Source: an uncultured Parafilimonas sp. (GTDB lineage Bacteria > Bacteroidota > Bacteroidia > Chitinophagales > Chitinophagaceae). From it: a DNA stretch of 31,483 nt. The stretch covers positions 1 to 31,483 of the forward strand of contig CAZRDD010000002.1 in assembly GCA_964598675.1 (NCBI GenBank). Reading direction: 5' to 3'. The notes beneath the pieces were generated by a model. The model was not told the DNA's origin. It was given only the letters and a program-made list of their open reading frames with translations, and made no database searches. The position numbers and the translations under genes were made by a program. Positions within the stretch are counted from its first letter, which is position 1. Every line of letters begins with the position of its first letter. This document shows positions 8,551-15,523 of this stretch, one piece after another.

Positions 8551-8633
8551 AAACGGGCTTAATAAAATGAAGGCGTTTTTTTACCCTGTACAGGTACCGG
8601 CTTTCTCAATTGCATAGTAAAGCTACTACCCCT

Positions 8634-9941
8634 TTACCTGTTATGCTCGCTAAGCCAGTGAAATTGTTTTTCTGCCAGTTGAAAATGGCGGTTGGTGCGT
8701 TTTAGCTCAACATACAAACTGTCGTTACGTTGCAGGCCCCATAAACGTATGGTGTTGGTATCGGGCTGGTCATAACGCATGTTAAGTATATAAGTACTGT
8801 CCTGTTCATAGCTTTTAAAACCAATGGTATGCTTCAAACTGTCTGTACTGTAGTAAAAATATGCCCGCTGGTACCGGTGCCTGAAGGCCGAATCGGCGGT
8901 TTTAATACTGCCGGTGCCGTCTTCAAAAATACAGTCCTGCCAGCGCATCGTGTCAGATAAAGCCAGTGGAACAGGGTGGTTATTAACCGCATACACCGCA
9001 ACCTCGTACACGCCATTTTTTACAGGTTGTTTTTTGGGTGGCTGGTGGGCGCTTTGGTAATACTGGTAGTTGTTTATAAAAGGCAGCACTACCGCTATAA
9101 CAATAAAGGCAATTTTTAAAACAATACGCGTTATGCGCATCCATAATTTGGTGTATTTAAACTGGTACAGGCTGCACACAGGCGCTGGTTTGTTTAGTAC
9201 AAAAAAGCAAACAATGCGGTTGGCCTCGTTGGCCAGTAAAAACAGGCAGGTAAGGGTAAGCTCCATGCTGAATATCTTAACCGGTATATCGTAACTTAGG
9301 TTAAGCATCATTACGTTTATAAATACGGCTGTGGCAAACAAAATACCAAGGGTGGCAGTGCGGCGGTACAGCAGCAGCAGGCCTGCAATGGTTTCCATAA
9401 CGCCGGAGAATACCTGGTATTTGGTGGAGTAGCCAATAAACAACCACGAAAGGCGCATGGGCAGCAAGTCGCCAAGCGGGGTGGCCAGCTGATGCATGCT
9501 GGGAAAATACATTTGCATGGCAAATATTTTAAGTATGCCGTACACAAATGCAAAAAGCGCTATATAATACCGTGCAAACAGGCAAAGCCAGTAGTTAAGG
9601 TGTATGTAGTTGGGCCGTTTGCGGTCAATGGCGCTCCACACTATGCTGCCAATGGCCCCCAGGCTTAGCAGCAGCCACAGCTGCGCCCACCCCCAGGAGG
9701 TATCCCCGCTGCCGTTTACCGGCACCAGCACTTTGCTTACATGAAACACTTTTGCATTGGCAAGCGTAACGGCCCAGTTAACCAGTTGCTCGTAATAACC
9801 AGTTACATAGTTTATACCGGGTACATCGCTAAGCCAGGTCCAAGGCGACATGAGTAATGTGAGGAAGATGAAAAAGAAACGGAAAATAATTTTTTTCCAC
9901 AAAGGCCATATCTGTGGCTGAGATGAGGCTGCAATATCCAT
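8634..9941 (-). CDS. DoxX-like integral membrane protein with a C-terminal soluble domain
   Basis: Multiple TM helices; segment YGILKIFAMQ...LGDLLPMRLSWLFIGYS..YQVFSG..E..AGLLLLYRRT typical of Bacteroidota DoxX-like proteins. Confidence 0.7.
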   Translation of the reverse strand: MDIAASSQPQIWPLWKKIIFRFFFIFLTLLMSPWTWLSDVPGINYVTGYYEQLVNWAVTLANAKVFHVSKVLVPVNGSGDTSWGWAQLWLLLSLGAIGSIVWSAIDRKRPNYIHLNYWLCLFARYYIALFAFVYGILKIFAMQMYFPSMHQLATPLGDLLPMRLSWLFIGYSTKYQVFSGVMETIAGLLLLYRRTATLGILFATAVFINVMMLNLSYDIPVKIFSMELTLTCLFLLANEANRIVCFFVLNKPAPVCSLYQFKYTKLWMRITRIVLKIAFIVIAVVLPFINNYQYYQSAHQPPKKQPVKNGVYEVAVYAVNNHPVPLALSDTMRWQDCIFEDGTGSIKTADSAFRHRYQRAYFYYSTDSLKHTIGFKSYEQDSTYILNMRYDQPDTNTIRLWGLQRNDSLYVELKRTNRHFQLAEKQFHWLSEHNR

Positions 9942-10062
9942 AATGGCAGGTTGATTGTTTTTTTTGAAGTGTGTGAGATGTTGTATTGCGAATATAACTA
10001 ACTGCGGGCAGGTTTACAAAGGCTGCCCTTAATAGATTACCGCAGGTTGCCAAAATCAATTT

Positions 10063-10070
10063 TATATTTG
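10063..10070 (+). promoter_or_regulatory. -7 promoter box of the GNAT gene
   Basis: TATATTTG, ending 8 nt before ATG 10079. Confidence 0.6.
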
Positions 10071-10078
10071 TTGCTGCC

Positions 10079-10756
10079 ATGCAACATGTACTAAACAATC
10101 CCGCTTACAATGCACTGGTAACGGGCTGCAGCCATTTAAGTGCCTGTGAGGGGCCTGCGAGGTTCTTCCCTAAAGAAGTGTCGCCGTTTGCCGGGCTGCA
10201 GCACTATGATGAGCATCACTTTGCGCTGCTGCACAAAGTGTTGCCGCCCAAAAGCACCGTTGCGCTGGTTACCGCACAAGATATTACGATACCGGCAAGT
10301 TTTACCCTAACCCATAAATCTGTCATTTACCAAATGACGGGCGAAAATGTTGTACCGCCCGGGGAGAATGCCCCTGAGCTTGTTGACCTGGATACAACCC
10401 ACGTGCCGGAAATGCTGGCGTTAACCAAACTAACCAACCCCGGCCCGTTTGCTGCCCGCACCATTGCGTTTGGCCATTACAAAGGCATATTTGTTAACGG
10501 CCAACTGGTGGCCATAGCAGGTTACAGGCTGCATGCAGGCCCGTTTATTGAAGTAAGCGCCGTGTGCACGCATCCACACTTTACCGGCAAAGGCTATGCC
10601 CGTGCATTAACCCTTTACCAGGCAAACAGCATAAAGCAGCAGGGCAGCACGCCTTTTTTACATGTACGTACCGAAAATACACAGGCCATTGCATTGTATA
10701 AAAAGCTGGGTTTTGCCATAAGAACTGATATAAACCTGCACATTATTAAAAACTGA
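10079..10756 (+). CDS. GNAT-family N-acetyltransferase (FR47-like C-terminal domain)
   Basis: EVSAVCTHPHFTGKGYA (motif A), PFLHV and N.QAIALYKKLGF. Confidence 0.92.
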   Translation: MQHVLNNPAYNALVTGCSHLSACEGPARFFPKEVSPFAGLQHYDEHHFALLHKVLPPKSTVALVTAQDITIPASFTLTHKSVIYQMTGENVVPPGENAPELVDLDTTHVPEMLALTKLTNPGPFAARTIAFGHYKGIFVNGQLVAIAGYRLHAGPFIEVSAVCTHPHFTGKGYARALTLYQANSIKQQGSTPFLHVRTENTQAIALYKKLGFAIRTDINLHIIKN

Positions 10757-10817
10757 ACAACAGTTTACATGCCTTTTGGGGCAGGGTTTTCTGCAAAATA
10801 TCCACAACAAATGTTTC

Positions 10818-10831
10818 CGCAAACGTTTCCG
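10818..10831. promoter_or_regulatory. LacI-family operator-like site
   Basis: CGCAAACGTTTCCG has a central CG and 6/7 dyad symmetry; a half-site repeat GTTTCCG lies 12 bp upstream. Confidence 0.55.
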
Positions 10832-10875
10832 TAACAATAACTGCCTAAATGGAATTTCTGCATAAAAGCGGGGTA

Positions 10876-10883
10876 TACCTTTG
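10876..10883 (+). promoter_or_regulatory. -7 promoter box with no downstream protein gene
   Basis: TACCTTTG on the + strand in the convergent GNAT/LacI gap. Confidence 0.5.
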
Positions 10884-10887
10884 TAAC

Positions 10888-11032
10888 ATCATTGGGGGTA
10901 CTAATTTTCTCATGTGCAATTTTTTTCGGATGGTTGTTCGCTTGTTATAATGTTTTGAGTTGCACATGTAGTCTCATAAGTAATGTAAATAAGCTTAATG
11001 CGGGCTTCCTTTTCAGGAAGCCTTCAGTTTTT
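10888..11032 (+). ncRNA. Candidate small RNA, about 140 nt; boundaries inferred
   Basis: Bracketed by a -7 box and a terminator-like hairpin; internal 9-bp stem CATGTGCAA (10911-10919)/TTGCACATG (10960-10968). No family recognised. Confidence 0.35.
11003..11032 (+). terminator. Terminator-like hairpin; may also serve lacI on the - strand
   Basis: GGCTTCCT-TTTC-AGGAAGCC followed by TTCAGTTTTT; the interrupted U-tract is on the + strand. Confidence 0.6.
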
Positions 11033-11050
11033 GTACCCGGCCAGCCCCGC

Positions 11051-12052
11051 CTACAGAGATCCGCCTTTTGTAATGGTGGGTTCAATCTTCAGCTCGCGCA
11101 CAAAAGTTTTACCATCAAAAATTTCCATCAGCCGGGCAAAAGCCAGTTTGCCAAGGCCACTGCCATTGGTTTCTATAAAAGTTATGGCGGGGTTGTACAA
11201 AGCGGGTATAAAACCATTGCTGATGGTGATGATGCCTATATCGCCTGGTATGTTAAGTTGTTGGGTGCGTATGGCCTTCATGGCCGCTATTAAAATATTA
11301 TCGCCGTTACAAAACACGGCATCGGGGCGGTTTTCGGTGGTTAGCGCCTGCAATGTAATTTGTTCAACAGCGGCAAGGTTTGTTTCAAAGTGAATATCCA
11401 GTACCGTTTCCGGTGCGCTGGCCTCAAATTCTGTTGTAAATGCGGCTGCCCGTTTCTGGTTAATGCTAAGGCTGCGGCTGCCCCAAAAAAGGCAGAGAAT
11501 ATTTTTTTTGCCACTGGCTATTAACTGTTTGGCGGCCAGGGCGGCGGCATCAGCATCGTTAAAACAAATTTTATCGCAGGCTTCAAATTGTGGCACCCTG
11601 TCGAAAAAAATAATGGGTATGCCCACCTCAGACAGCTTTAGAAAATGTTTTATATCGTTGGCGTTTTCGGTAACAGCAATAAACAAACCATCCACGCGGT
11701 TCATCTTCATAATAGCAAGGTTCTTCAACTCTGTTTCGGCCGATTCGCCCGACTGCAGCACCAGCAGCGAGTAGCCGTGGCGGCTGGCTTCTTCATCCAG
11801 CGCAGCAATAAAATATTCATAAAAAAGGTTTTGAAAACGGGGTACAATCACACCCAGTATGTGGCTTTTGTTGGTGCGCAGGTTTACGGCAAACGTGTTG
11901 GGTTCGTATTCAGTTAGTTCGGCAAGCTCTTTTACACGCTGCCTGGTGGCGGGCGATATATCAGGATGGTCTTTTAGCGCACGGGATACCGTTGAAACAC
12001 TTAGCCCCAGCTTTTGCGCAAGGTGCTTTAATGTACTAAACTGCTTCATCAA
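11051..12052 (-). CDS. LacI-family transcriptional regulator
   Basis: HTH TLKHLAQKLGLSVSTVSRALKD, hinge YEPN..A..L, and a periplasmic-binding-protein-like sugar domain. Confidence 0.96.
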   Translation of the reverse strand: MMKQFSTLKHLAQKLGLSVSTVSRALKDHPDISPATRQRVKELAELTEYEPNTFAVNLRTNKSHILGVIVPRFQNLFYEYFIAALDEEASRHGYSLLVLQSGESAETELKNLAIMKMNRVDGLFIAVTENANDIKHFLKLSEVGIPIIFFDRVPQFEACDKICFNDADAAALAAKQLIASGKKNILCLFWGSRSLSINQKRAAAFTTEFEASAPETVLDIHFETNLAAVEQITLQALTTENRPDAVFCNGDNILIAAMKAIRTQQLNIPGDIGIITISNGFIPALYNPAITFIETNGSGLGKLAFARLMEIFDGKTFVRELKIEPTITKGGSL

Positions 12053-12064
12053 TCGTTGTTTATG

Positions 12065-12109
12065 GTTTCAAATGGCGGATTGTACTGCACTAAATTAGCC
12101 ATTTGAAAC
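12065..12109. repeat. Perfect 12-bp inverted repeat with 21-nt spacer directly upstream of lacI
   Basis: GTTTCAAATGGC (12065-12076) and GCCATTTGAAAC (12098-12109). Confidence 0.85.
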
Positions 12110-12189
12110 AGCATAAATACAGTTTTTGCAAAGTTGATTTATAGCGCAACAATTGCCCGCTAATTATCAGGTAACCAGGTACCTCTAAC

Positions 12190-12229
12190 AAAAAACAACC
12201 CCCTGCTTCACCAATGGCAAAGCAGGGGG
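12190..12229 (-). terminator. Intrinsic terminator of the DUF1080 gene
   Basis: CCCCCTGCTT-N11-AAGCAGGGGG with a U-rich tail on the - strand. Confidence 0.85.
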
Positions 12230-12251
12230 CTATCAATAATATAGCTATGGG

Positions 12252-13031
12252 TTACAGTGGCCTAACCCAAATATTGCGGTAGCTTATAGGCTCGCTTTTA
12301 TCGCCATGCGCCTGCAGCTTAATAGGGGCCGGGCCATGTTTGTGGTACGATGGGTAACCAATATAAGGTGTATCGCCCAACAGGGTGGTGTTGTTTTGCA
12401 CCAGTACGCCGTTGTGCAGCACAGTTACACGGGCAAGGCTTTTAAGTGTGCCGTTCTGGTTAAACTCAGGGGCAGTCCAAATTACATCATACGCCTGCCA
12501 TTCGCCTGGGGGGCGGCAAGCATTGGCTAAAGGTACTGCCTGTTTGTACATGCTGCCTACCTGGCCGTTGGTATATGTTTTGTTATTGTAGTTATCCAGC
12601 ACCTGCAGCTCGTAACCACCGGCGCCCCAGGGTAACGCTGCCAGAAAAATACCGCTGTTGCCACGTGCCTGGCCGCTGCCGGTTATGTTGGCAGGTATGC
12701 GGTACTCAATATGTAACTGAAAACTGCTGAAGCTTTTTTTGGTTTGAATATCGCCGGTGGCTTTGTTAACCGTCATTACGCTGTCGGCAAGTATCCAGCT
12801 TGCAGCAGAACTGTCTTTTGTGTTAACCCACTCGTCAAGGTTCTTTCCGTTAAACAGAATAATAGCATCGCTCGGGGGCAGGCCAACGGTAGCACCGGGT
12901 GTAACCACGGCAGGCACCGGGTTGTAAAATTCGGTTTCTTCGGGCTTCATTGGTCTTTCCTGGGCCTGGCTGGTAACGGTAATGCCCATTAATACGGCGG
13001 CAGTTAAGGCCATGCGTACAAATTGTTTCAT
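12252..13031 (-). CDS. DUF1080 protein (3-keto-disaccharide hydrolase family), exported
   Basis: Signal peptide; LFNGKNLDEW, GNSGIF, YELQVLD, G.MY, GEWQ.YDV and LQAHG....ISYRNIWVRPL. Confidence 0.93.
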   Translation of the reverse strand: MKQFVRMALTAAVLMGITVTSQAQERPMKPEETEFYNPVPAVVTPGATVGLPPSDAIILFNGKNLDEWVNTKDSSAASWILADSVMTVNKATGDIQTKKSFSSFQLHIEYRIPANITGSGQARGNSGIFLAALPWGAGGYELQVLDNYNNKTYTNGQVGSMYKQAVPLANACRPPGEWQAYDVIWTAPEFNQNGTLKSLARVTVLHNGVLVQNNTTLLGDTPYIGYPSYHKHGPAPIKLQAHGDKSEPISYRNIWVRPL

Positions 13032-13286
13032 CTGGCTGTTTTTTTTAATGTTAAATGTTGGTAGATGCGTTTACGGCGGGCACGTTTAGCATTTGCGCTG
13101 CTAAAATAAGGCAAACAGGCCATTGAACCTGTGCCTAATTTATTACTCAGTAATTTGTTTGCCCGGCTAAGTGCGGTTGGTTTTAGCAAGTGGATGACCC
13201 CTGTTGCAACAATAGGTGTAACCTGTAAAAATGCACAGTGTGGTATTGCCAACCAAATGGGGGGCGTTGTTAAATGAGGCGAGGAC

Positions 13287-13934
13287 TTAATCTTTTATCA
13301 AAGGCAGGTGTACATGAGCATTAAAAGGCTGAGCCAAATGCTCTTTAAGCTTTTTAAAGCTCTCCATTGGGCCTTTGGTAATAAACAGGTTAATAAGCCA
13401 GGCAGGCACGCTGCCGCCGGGGTCGGCAAACAGGGTGTATTCAACATTTACCAGGTGGCCACCTGCGGGCGTAAGCAGCCATTTGCCCACGCTTTGTACA
13501 ATGCGTACCACGTTGGGTTTTTGCGGCGTAAAACCTGGAACGTTTTCGGCATCAATAGTAACGGTGCGGTTAACAGGGTTTTGGCTGGCGGTAAGGTGCG
13601 CCACAAAATCGCGGTTGCTTACAGGCCAGGGTACATCCACCTCGCTGTAATAAAACAACTCGTGTGGCGATACCTGTTTAAGCAGGCCGCAGCTTTTGGT
13701 GCTGTACACCCATTGCTTGCAACTGTTTATATCCATAATAATGTAGGCCAGTTGCGACAGGCCCGCCTGCAACGTACACTCAACCTTTATGGCCTTCACT
13801 TTTGAGCCGGGCATGGGCCTGGTATACACTTTTATGCCATCCTTATCGGCTTTTAATACCCAGTTGTTTTGTGCATTGGCAAGGGTTGCCTGCATAATAA
13901 CCATGCAAATAAGCAGTAATTTTTTAAACACCAT
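13287..13934 (-). CDS. START-domain lipid-binding protein, exported
   Basis: Signal peptide; W.L..DKDGIKVY, PWPVSNRD and DPGGSVPAWLIN. Confidence 0.9.
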   Translation of the reverse strand: MVFKKLLLICMVIMQATLANAQNNWVLKADKDGIKVYTRPMPGSKVKAIKVECTLQAGLSQLAYIIMDINSCKQWVYSTKSCGLLKQVSPHELFYYSEVDVPWPVSNRDFVAHLTASQNPVNRTVTIDAENVPGFTPQKPNVVRIVQSVGKWLLTPAGGHLVNVEYTLFADPGGSVPAWLINLFITKGPMESFKKLKEHLAQPFNAHVHLPLIKD

Positions 13935-14077
13935 AGTGTAAGGCGGTTAGCTTTTAAAAGGGGGCGGCCTATAGCCACTTACCATGGTGGACGATTGTGG
14001 CGATAAAATATTTTAAGTACCCCAAAAAATTTAAGGTGTACGCAGGGGCAGTCTCCCAATTGAGTAGGGGATGGAGC

Positions 14078-14112
14078 ACCACCGCACGGCAACAGGCTTG
14101 CCGTGCGGTGGT
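14078..14112. repeat. Perfect 15-bp GC-rich hairpin between cutC and the START gene
   Basis: ACCACCGCACGGCAA-CAGGC-TTGCCGTGCGGTGGT. Confidence 0.9.
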
Positions 14113-14160
14113 ATTAATATTTTACACGATGGGCGTTTGGTTAAGCAAGCCCATACAGCA

Positions 14161-14886
14161 CTACGCATTTAAAATGGCCACCATGCAGCGTAACTCCTCC
14201 TCATCGGCAATGTACACATGGCCATAATCGTTTACGGCGGTGTTAATGTAGGTAAGGGGGTTGGGGGCCGCCACCCTTGCCGAGGAGTGGTATTCAGTAG
14301 CGTTACACTCTTCTACCAGTTTGGCCAGGTTGCCCGATTTTACACCTGCACCCGGCATAATTACTATTCTGTTGCCCGCCTGTTGTACCAACTGGCCCAG
14401 CAGCACAGCAGCATCCGGCGCAGCTGTTTGCTGGCCCGATGTTAGCACCCGCTCGCAACCACATTCAATAATATCTTCCAGCGCCTTAAAAGGGTCGGGC
14501 GTGCCATCAAAAGCGCGGTTACAGGTTACACCCATAGGGCCTGCCCACTCCACAATGCGCTTCAGCCAGTCTTTATCAATCTCGCCGTTAATGGTTTGGG
14601 TACCTACCGATATACCATCGCAGTGCAGGCTGCGGCAGGCCATAATATCGTGTTTTATCATCTGGTACTCATCCTCCGTGTAAAAATAGTTGCCCGAACG
14701 GGGGCGTATAATGGGGTATAGCCCAATAGAAATACTATCCCTTACCTGCTTAATGGTGCCATAGGCGGGTGTGGTGCCGCCCTCAATGGGGTTGGCGCAC
14801 AGCTCAACCCTGGCTGCGCCCACTTTCTCGGCAATGCGGCAGCTTTCAATGGCAAAAGCGCATACTTCCAGTAACCTTTTTTGCAT
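14161..14886 (-). CDS. cutC: CutC-family TIM-barrel protein
   Basis: LEVCA, RVELCA...EGGTTP, IIRPRSGNYFY, RAFD, RVLTSG and IMPGAGV. Confidence 0.95.
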   Translation of the reverse strand: MQKRLLEVCAFAIESCRIAEKVGAARVELCANPIEGGTTPAYGTIKQVRDSISIGLYPIIRPRSGNYFYTEDEYQMIKHDIMACRSLHCDGISVGTQTINGEIDKDWLKRIVEWAGPMGVTCNRAFDGTPDPFKALEDIIECGCERVLTSGQQTAAPDAAVLLGQLVQQAGNRIVIMPGAGVKSGNLAKLVEECNATEYHSSARVAAPNPLTYINTAVNDYGHVYIADEEELRCMVAILNA

Positions 14887-15179
14887 CTGTACTAAGTTGT
14901 TTTGATAATTGGCAAACCTGCATCAACCGTTATTGGCAAACGCCCTGCCGCAGCAGGCCGTAAAATTATGGGTTAAAGCCATTGGAATGATGATGAAGGT
15001 TGGCGGTGAGGAAGATTGATGCCCAATGCCGCACCCCTGAAGCACCCTGCACTGCTTATTATGTTTGCCATTGCCCTAAAAAAAGGAAAGGCCACTTAGA
15101 AAAGCAGCCCCTATATAAACCAAACACTATATTTTTTGAGGGATGTTGAGAAAACCCCAAACACCCCGTTGCGATACGA

Positions 15180-15253
15180 TGGAAGCCATGGACGGATTCG
15201 AACCGCCGTAAAAGGTTTTGCAGACCTGTACCTCACCACTCGGCCACATGGCC
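15180..15253 (-). tRNA. tRNA-Cys (GCA), CCA encoded
   Basis: GGCCATG acceptor/CATGGCT, D arm GCC-GAGTGGTGA-GGT, anticodon loop CTGCAAA, T loop TTCGAAT, U73 discriminator and CCA; 74 nt. Confidence 0.95.
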
Positions 15254-15467
15254 CTGTTTTATATGCATGGCATAGCCCAAGCCCTGCAAGCCATTGCTGC
15301 AAAGCCGCCAAAGCCAACAAGTAAAAAGGTTAAATTAACAACACGCGCAACACCGGTATTGTGCCGGGCGAAGGATAAGTTGTATAAGCGCTGCTGATTG
15401 TATCATGCCACAAAACTAATCAAAATTATTAATCTACCAAATTAGTAGAGTAATAATTTTTTGAAAT

Positions 15468-15499
15468 ATAAAAAAGCCCGCCAATAAATCAGCGGGCTT
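15468..15499 (-). terminator. Intrinsic terminator of the DPP-IV gene
   Basis: AAGCCCGC-N10-GCGGGCTT with a U-tract on the - strand. Confidence 0.85.
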
Positions 15500-15523
15500 C
15501 ATAAATAATGTTTCCTCCTTCAC

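Noticed and set aside
10892-11293. 133-aa + strand ORF as the target of the orphan promoter
   Set aside because: TTG start, runs through the terminator hairpin and antisense into lacI, and has non-protein-like composition.
14161-14886. cutC plus hairpin as a copper-resistance island
   Set aside because: The CutC role in copper handling is poorly supported, and no copper ATPase, chaperone or regulator is in the window.
14887-15179. Integrated element or att site at the tRNA 3' end; 32-codon ORF 14973-15071 (-)
   Set aside because: No integrase, no duplicated tRNA 3' end noticed, and cutC follows within 300 bp; the short ORF has no supporting features.
15111-15324. ORFs 15111-15320 (-) and 15136-15324 (+)
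   Set aside because: They overlap the tRNA-Cys, which explains the sequence.
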